63,017 nt of DNA, filler included, from Sphacelaria rigidula (GCA_964200075.2; 5 parts of 5 records of this genome joined end to end with filler, not necessarily neighbours in it), one strand, 5' to 3'; shown: positions 24,206 through 38,045, counted from the first letter of the whole stretch. A program made the numbers and translations. Notes: generated by a model not told the origin, from the letters alone.

Positions 24206-24768
24206 GCTGATTGGACGTCTACGCTGTAAGGAAAACTAATCGCGTCACCGCTTCAACTTGAGTGCGTTGCACATAAACAGCCATATATGGTCCAAAGAAA
24301 ACTCCAGCATGAAGGCAACATCGACGCTTCTTGTACGTTTTGGTCGTGTATACCTGTAAGATTGAAGTTTCCGTTTTTCAGGATCAAAACGTCAGGGCCA
24401 CCAGTCCATTTTACCAAAAAATAGACGACCGGGACAGAGGCCATAAAATTCGGCTCCACAATTCACTGAACCACGGGGAATCGGCTTTTCACTTTACGGA
24501 ACCCCGAACCCCGCAAAATCGAATCTAAGGAACACAGAAAGGCCGACGAAAATAGCGCCGGACGGATGGCTGCAAACAGGTAACAACGAACACATCGTCT
24601 ATGATTGTTGTTGATTGAAATCGAAGCAAGGAAAGGCCTGTGAAGGAAGCGCCGGGCGGTAAGCTGCAATTTTTTGTTGTTCTTGCTCACGCTCTGACTG
24701 ATTGGACGCCTACGCTGTAAGAAAACCTAATCGCGTTACCGCTTCGACGTGAATGTGTTGTACATACA
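24206..24768 (+). repeat. Pair of ~70-bp direct repeats ~490 bp apart (~24206-24278, ~24696-24768)
   Basis: CTGATTGGACGYCTACGCTGTAAGRAAAMCTAATCGCGTYACCGCTTCRAC occurs twice. Confidence 0.7.
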
Positions 24769-25150
24769 CTTGGGTCAACGTGGAATCTTGTCCTCGTCTA
24801 AGATGAATGGTGATGGAAAATCATTGCACAACCTGATCAACCTTACGTTATTATGTATTTTGCGCAATATACAGAAACACAATTACAGCAACCTGATCCA
24901 AAGGAAACTCTAACAGATACGCTCTTCTTGCGTTCCGCAGTCTGGTGTCACCTATGTTCATCGCGTGTATGCATGTATAAATGAAATTTCTGTTTTTCAT
25001 CATCAAATTCACGTTTTTAGAATCAAAGTGCCAGATCCATCATCAGGGCTCCGCGTATTGCCTATTACGCGCACACTTTCAGACACTGACTGCTTGGGTC
25101 GAAGGTCGAATCTCCCCCTCGTCGACCGTGAACAGCGACGGAAAAACATT

Positions 25151-25250
25151 NNNNNNNNNNNNNNNNNNNNNNNNNNNNNNNNNNNNNNNNNNNNTTAATT
25201 AATTAANNNNNNNNNNNNNNNNNNNNNNNNNNNNNNNNNNNNNNNNNNNN
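25151..25250. other. Artificial 100-nt contig linker
   Basis: N-run with central TTAATTAATTAA. Confidence 0.97.
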
Positions 25251-26125
25251 GTGGGTGGAGTTTGGATGTTGGTGTGGTGAGCTTGGTGTGTGTTGTGCGA
25301 GATTGGGGGGGGAAGATTTTATTTCCTCTGTACTGCAGAGATACTGAATGACACATATTTTTATGTATATATCCTAAAGAGGTGGTTTCTCGACGGACAT
25401 TTGTGGTGAATATCCATTTCACCCGGTGGTATCCATGTCGCCCTCCCCTGTCATGAGCTCGGGGCGTTCCTTGACACAAAGTACGAGGAGGTTCAAGTTA
25501 TCACCGGCTAATGGTGATGATGTTCGTGGACCTGTTTTCACATTTCGTCTGCGCGTGTTGGACCTGAAGTGAACAATCTACGCAGAAGGCTTTCCCGCTA
25601 GTTTGTGAACTCTGCTTGTCACTAACTCACCAGTTTCCTGTTGTCTGGTCTACCATGAATTTTACGGATCTTATGTTGAACCGCTCGACTTCCTGGGTTA
25701 TTTTATTTATTTATTTGCACTATGTTAGTGGTGTTCTCTTGTTTGCGTTTTTTCGTCTGTAGTCTCAGAAGAAACAAAAGGGACTCCATGTCTTGTAAAG
25801 AATAGCAGGGACGGTGTTGGAAAGACGAGCCTATGGCTGTTACCACGGGTTCTAGAGGCCGGACTAATGGGTGGAAATAAAGAAAAGAAAGCAGGAGACG
25901 GTCTTCGGATCCGGGACCTTTTGTCCATGAAGTGCACGAGTTATGCCATGGTGTCGGCAATGTGCCACGGTGCTTCATCGACAGACCCTTATAGGGATAT
26001 TTCCCTTTTATGTGGTGGTATCAAAAATGTCATTTGTTTGAAATTGGCATGTGTGTGTGTGTGTGTGTGTGTGTGTTTGTGTGTAGCCTTTCCCTCCTAA
26101 TTATCTTTGCGCTTTCAGACAAATG

Positions 26126-26330
26126 CAAGGGCAGGTCGAGTAGAGTATACTCAATTGCAGGATATGTAAAAGTCGTACTTGAAGTACACAAAATTGGGGG
26201 TAGGGTTTTAGGGATCGCTTTCCAGTTATTTTTTGGGTACGACTCCCAACACTACACCCTAATTTGAGTACCTCAAGCACGCATTTCAAAATACCCCGCA
26301 ACTGAGTATACTCTACTCGACCTGCCCTTG
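26126..26330. mobile_element. hAT-like fold-back MITE (205 bp)
   Basis: Perfect 28-bp TIR CAAGGGCAGGTCGAGTAGAGTATACTCA with imperfect pairing further inward. 8-bp TSD GACAAATG / GAAAAATG. Confidence 0.9.
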
Positions 26331-27553
26331 GAAAAATGCTCAACAACAAAAACGGAAAGGCCTCAAATTTCCCTTGCTTCTCGTTCGTTCGCGTTTTTTT
26401 TTTTCCTTGTCCTTGTTCCTCCAGGGGAGTTGTTGGTCGTGCCGTATTTTGATATATAGATACAGAAACTTTCCTGTCACGACAATTCTAGACGTGGGAA
26501 AGCTCATGAGCTACGTAAAATAACCAATCGAAGGGGACGCTCAGACTCCTTGTCCAAAGACACAAAACAGGTGACAGCAGGGTCTGAGAAGTTAAAACCC
26601 TACCTTTGCGCTACTTCACGTGCTCGGTGCCCAGCGCTGTGGGGAGCAAGTTTGAAAAAAAAAGGCATGATCCGGATCAGTACACTAGTAAGAAGTGATA
26701 TTGAGGTGTACCAGCATATACGCTGTCCGACGTGTGAAATTGTGTCTTTGTTGCTGGTTTGCTTGCTCTTATCTCTGTCGTGCTCCGGTCCGCTTCTTTT
26801 TTCTTTTTTCTCTTGTTTCAACTTGCACCTGAGAGTATCCGAACCAGTGCGTCACGAATACACCATCAGATATATGGCCATATTGGTATATATATATATA
26901 TATCGATAGATCATAATACCGCTCATCATCCCAAACAAATGTGGTGCTCATCAAGTGGGAGCTTTTATGATATGGAGTATTTGGAATATCGAGGTACATC
27001 GGTGTTTCACGATATATCAGTTACACGCATCATGTTGAGTCGATCTTGGAGCCTGATCAACGTGCCCGCTGTACGGTTGATGCTGTCAGGTCTGGAAGAC
27101 CAGACTTCCTTTTTTCTGTGACAACGTAAATATAGTTCGTCTTGTACCTTTGTTCGCGTCTTCATTCTCTCTTCCCCAACCCCCTACCCCCACACTTGAC
27201 TCGTTTTCCCTCGTCTTTTTCCAGTCCAGAAAAAAACAACTTATGCTTGTTTTTTTTCCCCGTGTCCCAGCTTTTCCGCACGTGTTCATTTCACTTTTTT
27301 TTTTTCTTCTTTTACCCAGCTTGTTTTCTATTTAGAAGTCATTTCTCGCTTGCACCCTTTTTCTCTTTATTTTTTCCCCATCTTCTTTCTCGCCTCACTT
27401 GTGGTATCTTGATTGATCGAGTGATTGTCCCACTTTAACTGACCCCCTGGGGATCCACCCGTGGTCACATGATAACATGCCCTCTATATTTGTGTATGTG
27501 CGTGTTTTTTTTATTCCATCCCTGTTTTTCATTTATTATTATTATTCTCGCAG

Positions 27554-30500
27554 AATGTTCAACCTGTGCGATTCTTCCTGTTTGGAAGACGAGGCTGCTC
27601 GGGTGCGATTCGCAGGGGATGGTGTAGTGTCGCTTCCCATACAGGGAAATGATCCGGCATGCGACGAGGCGGCCTGCAACATCAAGGGCGTTTGTAAAAT
27701 CATGACCGACGAAACCATAGGCTGCGAGGCGAGTGCGTCTTGTCTTCTATTGCCTTGCCTTGTGTTGCCTTGCCTTGCCCTGTCTCAATTTATCGTGCCG
27801 ATTGCTTCGCCATTTATAATCCTCAGACCACGAGGGTAGTCCATCTGGATCATGCATAATTTTTCGAGTGAAATTGATGCCGACGATTCAAACAGAAGGG
27901 CCCACTCTCGCCGTCTCAAGGGTCAAGACCGCGCTCTGTCGTTTCGGGGATACTCAGTAAAGACCCCAACACCATGGAGCAACAGCCTCTCTTTTTTTTC
28001 CGTTGGCGATGCACCGCGTTTGATGACCGTTCGAGTGGCAAACGTGGGATATCCACAGAAATCATGAGTGAAGAATGCTCCACAATGCCCCAACCCGTTG
28101 CCGGAATTCATGGTTGATGTAGATGAAGATTTCACCGAGGATCGTACGGTGCCGCTACGTGGTACGGTTGTCATCACCTGGTGAAGTCTCATGGGCGGAG
28201 TTGTGGTGTCTGCAGGACCCGTTTTTATTTATTTATTTTTTCCATGCGGAGGAGGAAGGGATAACTTTCCGGTACTACTGTAGTGTTGTGTACTGTTATC
28301 CTCGACCATGAAGCATACCCCTGATGGGCATGCACGTAACGTGTGCACGATACGTGCGCTTCACAAGTCCAAAGTGTAGACGGAAAATCGTGGGTCTGTG
28401 CATCTATGAATCTGTGTCTACGTCTCAGTGTATCCATGTATCTATATTTTGTGTGACGCATTTCTGCATCGTGTCCCATGTTTCCGTACTAGAAGGAAGC
28501 TACTGAATACCCCCACGCGAAAACTGTAGGGGGGAGAGAGAAAACGTACAGAAGTGGGCAGTCTAAGTATTCATTTTGTGGCATTTCGTGATTTTTCGTA
28601 ATTGGCGATTTTCTTGGGCTCTTTTTGCTTGCCACCGCTTATCACATTGGGGATCTGAAGATATTTGTATCCATTCCGCATTCCAAGAAATGAAATTATC
28701 TGTACTCAATATTGAGTGACTCACGGGCTGACCGGTCATCGGGGGTCCTGCGACGTTTTAACCCAGATTCTTACTCTTCGGTAATTTCGGTGGATCGAGT
28801 CTGTTTCGATCATATTGATGGAGAAATACACAGTTTTATTGTTTTGAAATTCTACCTACTCATTGCATTCAAGCCGAAAAACTGTGTTTCACGGTCAATA
28901 ACACCCTCCTGATGAACGGAGTATTTAGACGTATCTGGCGCGATAACACCAACTAACCCTGACTTGGGCACTGTGTTTCGAGGATGATCTGTTAATTGTA
29001 TCAAAACCTGCCGATGCTAGAAATTTCGAGTTCTATCGAAGAGTAAGTAGTACGCGAGGAAGAACCCAAAACACCCCTGAATAGTTGGACCGCCCACTAC
29101 TGTAAAGAGAACACATTCCGACGATGCCTTTTATCAAGAAACTGCTGCTGTGAGGCATCTCACTTGCATACGTACCTTCCCACCTTTGTCTCATCCCGTT
29201 TTTTTGTGCATCAACCACCATCTTCGTATCGCCGGACAGGTGATGAGACTAGCAGCCTTGAGGAAGATTCAGGTGCAAAATATCAGAGTCAAGCGCAGCA
29301 GCGCAAGAGTCTTAGCGGGAAGCCGTGAGCACCCTGAGGGGTTTGTTTTCGATGCCTCGCCGTCGTGCGAGGTGTTTCCCGCCCCTGATGCAGAGCGCGC
29401 ATCGTCTGGGGCGTCATCTCTCAGACATCGCGAGTCTGCTGTGGCCCGCGGCGGTCCTCGGGCGTCCATGGTGGACGATGTTTATGACCCGGACCGGGCT
29501 TGGTTGTACCAGACGTGCACAGAGTTTGGTTTTTATCAGGCGAGTCATTATTTTGTCTGTCGCGTTTCTTGAAGTCAGCCCTTGCTTCTGTCGTTGTTGT
29601 CGCTGTCACTGTTGTTGTTGTTGTTGTTGTTGTTGTCATTTTTTTGCGGGGCGCAGGGCACGCAAAGGGCGCGCGCGGAGGGGGAGGGGGTAGACATGGC
29701 GTACCTCAGTGTCCAAGGGCCTTGAACACAAAGAGCAAGTACGCCTGAACATTGCGTGGTAATGTTCATGACATGTCTTCAAGATGAGTAGCCATTTCAA
29801 GGATTTGACAAATCATCGCCGGAACGAATCACCAAATCTATGACAAGTTCTGAGGCCTGATTTTCGCTTGAAAGGGCCAAGAACGTTGACCGCGGGTCAA
29901 GAATGTCTGCGCAAACTTTGCCTGGGGTGTGCGTAACCGGGGTGAAGTGCAACGCTGAAATCGAAGCTCGAGGATTGATTCGTATGGTACAAAGCAACTG
30001 CGCTACAAGCGAGCGATATTCAGATGAATCATCAGTCATCAGACTCTTGATTTCATTTGCCCTTCATTGCCCTCCACTCCTCCTTCCTCCGCATTTTTTT
30101 TCCCATTGTTGGCACGAACAGACGTGCGAGGTTGGCACACGCTGCCCTTTCACGCAGGGGCTTCATACCTTGGATTTGGATCTGAAAATGTGTAAGGATG
30201 CTTTTGGTTTGTCCCCAGATCAAGTGCGGGAGCAGGTCCGGCTCACTAATCTATTCTACGGCGGGGATCGACCGAGGTGATTGATACATTGACGCACCGT
30301 GTGTACCTCAGGAAAATATCATGGTATATTTTTATTCTGTGTGTGTGTTTCTGTCTTTTTGAAGCCGCGTTGACCCTGCAGTCCATCGGTATCTCCTGCT
30401 AAGAGAGAAAGCGTTCAGGTTGGATTCATATTTACGGGGAGGGGGGTGATAACTCCCGAAGTGTACGGTATATGTCTTCGCCACGCCCTCGTATTCCAGG

Positions 30501-32297
30501 GCCAGGCTCCTTCTATGAAGTAAGGCGCAGCTTCACGCGTAGTGTTGCTGTCAACTCAGCTGTCGCCCCAGCTTCGGCCCTATCCACTTGCAGCGCACAC
30601 CGCTGCTTGTGATCAAAATCGTGGACGATGAGCCTTCTGCCCAAAAGTAGGATTAATACCCTGTGTGTGTGTGTGTGTTTTTTTTTTCCTCTGCTTGCTT
30701 TCGTTTGTTGATGATGATACCGCTGCTGTTGTTTTCGACATGAATCAAACCTCAGGGGGTCGCGGGTGATTTTTCCCAACGGGGAAATAGATCCATGGCA
30801 TGCGCTCGGGGTGCTGGAGACACCAATGCCTGGTCTGCCGGCTATATATGTCAAGGGTGAGAGAAGATGATTGAAAAATGTGATGAACCATTACCTGGTG
30901 TAGTGGTTCATCTTTGTTTTTTCTTCTTCAGGTCGTCTCAATTGCAATTGTTCTCAGCCCCTTGAAGCACTATTTGCGGTTTCACACCCGTTCTGATTAC
31001 CGAAAAGGTAATGCTACAGTGGTGAACTAATCCTGTGCAGTACGTCACCCCGTATCGGCCTTCACGCATGCCCAAAAAAAGTGAGGAGCATTGCTACGAT
31101 AGGGGTGCACTTTTTGCGCGAAATCTTGTCTGGTTCAGGGGCTCCTCACGATTCCAGATGCACAAGAATAGGGGTCAGGGCAGCCCCGCCTGCAAAGTCA
31201 TTCGGGATATTCCCAGCACGATGGAATAGGAATCCCGGCGTACTCTCACATATTTCGCAAGTCGTGTTTTGGATGAGATAAAGGGCTCCTGACAATTTCG
31301 AACTCACAAAAAACATTTGTGCACCCCTACCGTAGCATCACTCTGAGATGCTCTTGATATCCCGTCTGGATGCGGCATTTGAAGATATCTGTGTTATTTT
31401 ACCTCAGCTGCGGATTTTTTTAAGTGCTTCGCGATCCAACAACCCAAAGCGTTCACGTGCACACGGCAGGCTAATTTAGGTGATCATCCGTGTGGTGGAT
31501 GGAAGGTACTGATTTTGTTTTGTGTTCGATAAACATGAATCCTCTGTACTAGACAGCACATAGCAAAAACCCACACCACTACGAGCTTGGCCAGCTTAAA
31601 AGCGGCTAAGGTGAGTTGTCCACACCACAGCTTTCCCAGTTTTCCGAATGAACCCGATGTAAGCACATTACTGTGCACTGCAGACCCACCTGATGGCATG
31701 AGACTGCGTCGCTGTTCGATTGGTATCGTATTGCCGATGACGTTACTGTACTGCATAGAGTACGGGGTGCGCGTCATATCGTTGGGCGATAGCGTGTCGG
31801 AGTGCTTTTTTTTTTCTCATGCGGGGGTTCACGTCAGCGATCACCCCGCACTGTGTACAAGTGGGGTACAGCAGCGTCACGCAAAACGTTGCACGCACGG
31901 CCCAATTCGACGACTCTTGAGCTGGAATTTCACGAAGATCTTCTGCACCCAAGGAAATAATACGTCCTGTGAGCAGCTGCAGATTTATTTATTTTTTGCT
32001 GGAATTGTGACATGATCTTGTTTTTGCTGAAATTTCAAATCCCCATAACTTCTTGTTTTTTCTTTTTTTCTTTGCTGCTCACGTGATGTTCATGTCGTTC
32101 ACAAAAAAGCTGCCGTCAAAATTTCAGCTCCCAACTCCGTTGAACTCGGGGAGCTACTTCTCTCCGGTTTTCGTGGCGTCGCCCTTCTTCTTCTTCTTTT
32201 TTTTCTTCTTTATTTTGGTAATGTGTCTGGTAAGGAATAGAAGGGACGGTATTGGAAAGACGAGCGTAAGTCTNNNNNNNNNCGACTAATGTGCGGA

Positions 32298-32346
<49 letters not shown>

Positions 32347-33953
32347 TAACTCCAAATATTGCGGCGTGCGTCGCCTGAGCGAGAAAACCACCCATTGTTG
32401 GCTGGCCCAGAGCGTACTATATTTGGCGTTCAATGCATACATTGTCCCGGTCGGTTTCGTCAACTCTCCACCAAAGTTTCTTTTCCTGGTAGTGCTCACG
32501 TCATCACGTGTCCATCGACAGAAACCACATGACGCTGAGGAATGAACAAGGAGAAAAAAATCAGGGATGTGCACGGATTGATGATGAATCCGCGGAGCGG
32601 ATTATTACGGTGCGGTTTGTCAATCCGCACCACTCCGTGGCATTTGTAGGGGGGCGGATATCCGCTCCGTACCATATTCGAAAAATCCGCTTCGCACCGT
32701 GACATTTTCGTTGGCGAATATCCGCTCCGCAATAATCCATGACATTTTCATTGGCGGATATGCGCTCCGTCATAATCCGAAATTTTCCACACATACGGAT
32801 ATCCGCTCCGCTCCGTGAGGTTTCGAAAAATAAATCCGCAGCGCGGAGCGGATTGTCCTCCGTACGCATCCCTGAAAAAAATGGCGTATGTCGAGACTCG
32901 AACCCGCGACCATATATATATTTTTTTCCTTGACGGAATGAGGAAACCCAACCCCCAACACTTACCCCCGCGGGCGAGTTTCGCAAATGAGGTCGTGTGC
33001 CGAATACCCGAAGGCTCGGCTAACCACCTCGCGGCAGTCATGTGGGGAAGGCGCCTCGAGGGGTTGCTCGTGGCAGCGTGGGGGATGCTCCCGCTAAAAA
33101 CTTCTTTCAACTTGGCTCTGTGCATGCGCCGCCCTGCTCTTATTAGGTTCGGCCCTAGGGACCATCGAGCCTAACTAGCCGTGTGGGTTCACCATATGAA
33201 TTTAGACCTCTGGGCTCGACGTTATCAAAGTTTTTACACGAAAAATGGAAAATGACAAATGCGTAGTAACAGTTTTGCGCAAACGTCCTAATGAACACAC
33301 TGATGTTAGCCCTCCCTCCCCCGACAACGGTGAAGCACTTTTGAGGCAAGGCGTAAGCCGTGGCTGTCTCTGGAAGTTGCGATACCAGAAAGTGAAGCAA
33401 CTTAAGGTGGCTGTCATCCAAATGCAAGATTATCAGTACGCTTCAGGCCGAACAGTCTTCGCAAGATGCAGCTCACCCTTCATGCGACTCGACGAACACA
33501 CCACGGCGCTTCGCGCTTGCTTATTGATTGCAAGACTGGTTCGGCGAAAACCCGGCGTGCTCCACCCGGCTTTGTAGGGATGCGAGGTCATCAATGGTCA
33601 TACAACTATAGCATGCAAGATATGAGTACCCCCCCCCCCCGACAGAGATGTAAAATGTTTTTTGTATAATGTATAGAAAAAACGTAAGTAACGCTCGAGT
33701 GTTGGAGGTGTCGCTACTGAGAGTAGGAGCGATGCTCCGTCTCGAAAGGGATGCGTGGTCAATGGTCAAAACACTGAGGCAAGCAACAAATGGGTACGCC
33801 TCCCGTCCCGTCCCGTCCCCGTCTCATTTTCCCGCAGGCGCATCACACCACTTTTGGACCCACCCATCAAAGCCCACGGACTCCGCGGATGTGGTGGAGG
33901 CGCGTCAGATAATCTGGGACCAGATTACCGCCTGGTTGCAAGAAGACGAGTGA
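27554..33953 (+). CDS. Serine carboxypeptidase family S28 (PRCP/DPP7/PRSS16-like), 3' part. Exons 27554-27728, 29240-29539, 30122-30276, 30756-30856, 33838-33953
   Basis: Phase-compatible splicing gives MFNLC..., RAWLYQTCTEFGFYQ|TCE, TNLFYGG, RVIFPNGEIDPWHALG (catalytic Asp), GASHH (catalytic His) and ITAWLQEDE*. 5' exons with the GGSY nucleophile were not found on this contig. Confidence 0.92.
32298..32343. repeat. (AAT)n microsatellite; others at ~29610-29635 (GTT), ~34807-34842 (GCT), ~36541-36577 (TG), ~46578-46620 (AGCAAT)
   Basis: Seen directly. Confidence 0.95.
32562..32874. mobile_element. hAT-like MITE in the last S28 intron
   Basis: TIRs CAGGGATGTGCACGGA / TCCGTACGCATCCCTG. Perfect 8-bp TSD AAAAAAAT. 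Many internal ATCCGCTCCG repeats. Confidence 0.9.
33170..33800. repeat. Reverse type A copy (~33170-33640) followed by a type B end (~33731-33800)
   Basis: Reverse complement of ~3741-4200, ending ATGAGTAC(C)n; then GCTCCGTCTCGAAAGGGATGCGTGGTCAATGG. Confidence 0.75.
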
Positions 33954-34269
33954 AATAGCGAAGTGCCTGCTGTAGGATAGATACTGTGTGCGTCGCTGGG
34001 TATGGGCGGTGTGATTGCAGGCAGCACACCCCTGATCCCGGAGGATTTGTTACTATTTTTTTTATTTTATTCTTGGTCAGACTCGTTCGCACCTGTTTTT
34101 GTCTTGAGTGAACCGTTCTCGCACCAATTATTATTATTTTCGCCCCCTTTTCCACTGTATGTCGCGGCCTTCTCCGTTCGTTGCGATGATGGTTGTTAAA
34201 GTTTGGCTGCCCCAAGCCAGATTTCAAGTTTTGTATGTGGTGAAGGGTAGCGGGAATATGGGGGAGGAG

Positions 34270-34392
34270 ACGTACTCACTTGTTGCTTGCCTTGGTCGTT
34301 TGGTCACTGATCACGCATCCCTTACGAGAGGCAGAGCAAGGTGAGGGGTCGGTTGTACTCATGATCATGCATGCCATAGTCATGAGACCATC
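34270..34392. repeat. Tandem type B + type A short ends
   Basis: CGTACTCACTTGTTGCTTGCCTTGGTCG... then TGTACTCATGATCATGCATGCCATAGTCAT. Confidence 0.7.
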
Positions 34393-34806
34393 GAGCAAGG
34401 TGAGGGGCGGGGGGTTCTCAGTGCGTTTTATGAGCATTTTGTGCGAGCATGCGCACACCTGCTCAACGCAAGCGGTGTACAAACTAAAACAGGACAGCGG
34501 ACGATAAGTGATACCAGGACCACACGATTACGGGTGTTGTCGGGTGCATTTTCCTCTTGTTATCTACACCTTGGCTGTTGCCGCGTGCGATTGAGCCCTA
34601 CGCGGTCTAAAGTAGTACAACATCTTCCGCCGCGCACGACGAAAAATATCTGGAAGGTTTTGCACAGATCAGCGGAATGTATGGGGAAGAACAGCATATT
34701 GACACGTCGGCCGCCCTGGATATACTGTAATGATCCATCGTATATCAATAGGTGTCGAGTTGGAACTCGAGGTGTTTCGCGCCAAGCGCTCTCGCCTCAC
34801 TTTTTG

Positions 34807-34844
<38 letters not shown>

Positions 34845-35420
34845 GGGTGCAGCTTGCAGATCGTACGAGTGTTGCCAGTTTTTTTTGCGGTGTACTATTA
34901 GCTTCCGGTCTTCATGCTCGATGCTGCTAAACATGTTGGAAAAATTTCAGATACAACTGAAAAAGTGACTTAGACGGTCTGGCCGGAAACTCCTATAGCA
35001 GCGTGGCTCACGATGCATACAGCATGCGGCGCACGCGATGTGAATGTATGCAAAAAGCCGAAGTACGACTCCAGCAGGGGTGCGTAGGATCGGTTGTTCG
35101 GTGAAAAGTAGAGGAGGAATTTCGGGCTCACAGTTTTCTGATTGGCCGATTTCGGTTAACAGCGATCCGATTAATAGTTCGAAACCTTGGTCGACCAAAG
35201 TTCACCGTTGTACAAAATATCGGAAAATTTCAAGAGCGAGCGAGTTGTCAATCATGCCGTTTGTGGAGCCATCAGATGGTTGGTGGTTGCTCTCGAATGT
35301 GTTGGGGTCGTCGGGGAAACCGCGGGTAGCCGATGTCTCTGACGATCGAGTTTTTTATGTGTTCATGTAGGCGATACGGTAGAGGTTTTTACGACTGGTG
35401 CGGGTTTTTTCGCGTGGCAG

Positions 35421-35770
35421 ACTCTGTTGTCATCCCATTTATTCTGGACGTCGGTCTACACCTTTCGGTATATGTGGGCGCACCAGCCGGGGTCACACAG
35501 GAGGAAGGCCAACGCAGGAGTTTTTTCTTGTTTTAGTTCGTCACCTTCCTTCTGCTGTGCTTGCCCATCTTTTTTACCGCAAAAGGGGTTCAGCAGTCCC
35601 TTTCCCTCGTCAACCGTGAAGTCGAATTTTGTGTACCCAGGACAGCAGTCGCTCTCCACAGTTGGGCTTCGTGTGAGAAAAATCCCAAATAGCTCCCGAA
35701 ATTCGAACCCACGACCTTACCCTCAGGAGGTTTCGAGGTTGCCAACTGGGACTGCATGTCGATACCACCG
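35421..35770 (-). mobile_element. SINE-like family 1 copy
   Basis: Collinear with 1800-2149, including the B box (ATTCGAACCC at 35701). Confidence 0.8.
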
Positions 35771-36542
35771 GATTATCGGTGGGTAGTTTTTTTTTTCGCT
35801 GAGCAGGCCAGGCGCCCGCATTGATCGTCATTTGCGTTGTAAATTTTTGGTTTTGGGGTGTTGCTGCTGTATCCATGATGTGTCTGTTTTTTTTGCTCTC
35901 CCGAGGCGACATCTCCGATAGGGAGAGAAAATGCAATGTTTGCTGCCACGCAAGCGTTCATGATCAAACCCTACATGCCTTGTTTAAACAACGGCTCGAG
36001 CTCTATTGAGGGGGTCGAGGTGGGTGATTTCTGTCGTCCCTCTTTCCCGTGCTTTCAAAACCTGTATTGTGCTCAGGGAATGTAATTGTGCTATGTATGT
36101 ATAGGTCATGATTTTTCATGTTTAAGGGGATAGAAGGTGTGGTTTGCTCGGCTCTGAACTGGAGACTGAAGATTGTACAGTATTTTGCGTACTATGGATT
36201 GTGTTGTCGGACGTGGCAAGGTTCGCAGGAAAACCAACCACTTGGTCACCGTCCCTCTCGGGTAGGTTCCGGCTGGTCCACTCGAAATGTGTCGGAAATA
36301 GCTGACTTGGCGGAAGTATCCAGGGGGGTCATGGAAGATGATTCATATACGGTTCTTGTACGTTTGTTGTCATCAGGGGTGGTGCTCCTAAAACAGAAGA
36401 CGAGCTGCTCAGCTGCGGCGTTGGAGTTGCCGGCGTTGAAGATCAGCCGGTGATCTTGTTCCGATGAAAGGTTCAGTGCTGAAAAGTTTGATAACAAACG
36501 GCCTCAGCTATGTTTTGGTGTACAATATGCTTCGGGCCGGTG

Positions 36543-36577
<35 letters not shown>

Positions 36578-37773
36578 TTCACGATATTTTTTGTAAGAGG
36601 GGGAGGACTATGAGGAAGAGGGGCAGTGGAGGCGTTTCGTGATGTAACATCCTGTTTTTTGTATCAATACATGATATCTCTTCGTTCTCCGTCACGCTTC
36701 GACATACACAGCGCTGAATGAATCAGCTGCTGTTTCGCATCCGTCTACCTTTCGGAATGGCGATTATAGATCGGGTTGTGACTGACTGGCCCACATCCGA
36801 ACGAGGTCGTCGAGCACGAAAAATATAAAACCGTAAACCGAGAGAGAGGAGCGGCACACAGTTTTCATTTCTGCTGCACCCAAAAAGATGATGAAATCTA
36901 AGGCGAGTGGAGGTAGCTTATGTCATACTCGAGGCAAGCGCTGGTAATTGTAGAATTCGCTGAAATTTGAATTTCGTGGACAGCCGCCGGATGCGGTGCG
37001 TGCACCACAACAGATTGGCAACGGGGGCGACCTTGCATGTGCGGTAGGGATGAGGCCTTGTTTCGATAGACTTGTTGCAGTTGCCCCAATGAAGCCGCTC
37101 GGAAAGTCCGCTTTACGCGGTGTAGAGCGCGCTAGAAATGCTCGTGGCGTCGATTTTCTGTGATATTTCGGCCCAGAGGGAACCCCAGCATGGTGGTGCG
37201 GTGGGTCGCCAGTTGCATTACCGCACTATACGAGGACCGCGCACTATTCTCGTATCGCACGATTACGTGATACTTGTTTTGCGGATCGGACTTGTGTGGA
37301 ATGATTATGACCGCACTGCGATGGGACCCCCCACTTCAGAAGAACGCACTATACATTGACGACCCCCGTTCCTCCCCGGGATCGCACTCACAGAAGAATT
37401 GGGTCATTGTTGTACATCATGCCCATGATTCTCCTTGTTCCGGGGGCAATCAATCTACCCCCCTTTCCTCACGCCTGAGCGTGTGGTGGCTCACCAATGA
37501 CACCGGGGAGAATTACATGATAATTACATATAACTTGAAATCCGTTTACTCGAGGCGACGAAAAAACGAGACAAGAAGACGACGGCTGACTCCGCCCCCC
37601 AAACATGTCCAACCTATTCACCCCAGTATACATATATATATGGTGCGCGACAAACGCGATGCAAAAGTCATCCTACGATAGAGTGGGGGGGGGGGGGGGG
37701 GGGATTTCGGGCCCCCTTTTCCCAGAAATTCCCAACCCGACAAAAAAAAAACCCCCCCCGGGGCCCGGTTGTT

Positions 37774-37873
37774 NNNNNNNNNNNNNNNNNNNNNNNNNNN
37801 NNNNNNNNNNNNNNNNNTTAATTAATTAANNNNNNNNNNNNNNNNNNNNNNNNNNNNNNNNNNNNNNNNNNNN
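37774..37873. other. Artificial 100-nt contig linker
   Basis: N-run with central TTAATTAATTAA. Confidence 0.97.
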
Positions 37874-37921
37874 ATGTTTTACAGCGTCATCGCCAAGCGA
37901 CGCCAACCCCATCGGGGGTCC

Positions 37922-38045
37922 GCCCCTACAAAGCCGGGACGGAGCACGCCGGGTTCTCGCCGGACCAGGCTGGGGGGCGTTCTCATGTGTTGCTTGCCTT
38001 AGTCGTTTGACCATTGACCATGCATCCCTTTCGAGATGGAGCATC
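37922..38045. repeat. Tandem type A fragment + type B end
   Basis: CCCTACAAAGCCGGGACGGAGCACGCCGGG... then GGGGGGCGTTCTCATGTGTTGCTTGCCTTAGTCG. Confidence 0.7.

Noticed and set aside
12626..25150. Integrated phaeovirus segment
   Set aside because: Only the EsV-1-7 repeat is virus-related; no capsid, polymerase or gene-dense intron-less tract was seen.
25251..27553. 5' exons of the S28 gene
   Set aside because: No EHRxYG or GGSY motifs found; they probably lie beyond the contig start.
32116..32574. ORFs with poly-Y/L/C/N tracts (also 34441-34968, 46477-46716, 60445-60771)
   Set aside because: Open frames are produced by microsatellites or T-rich low-complexity intron DNA.
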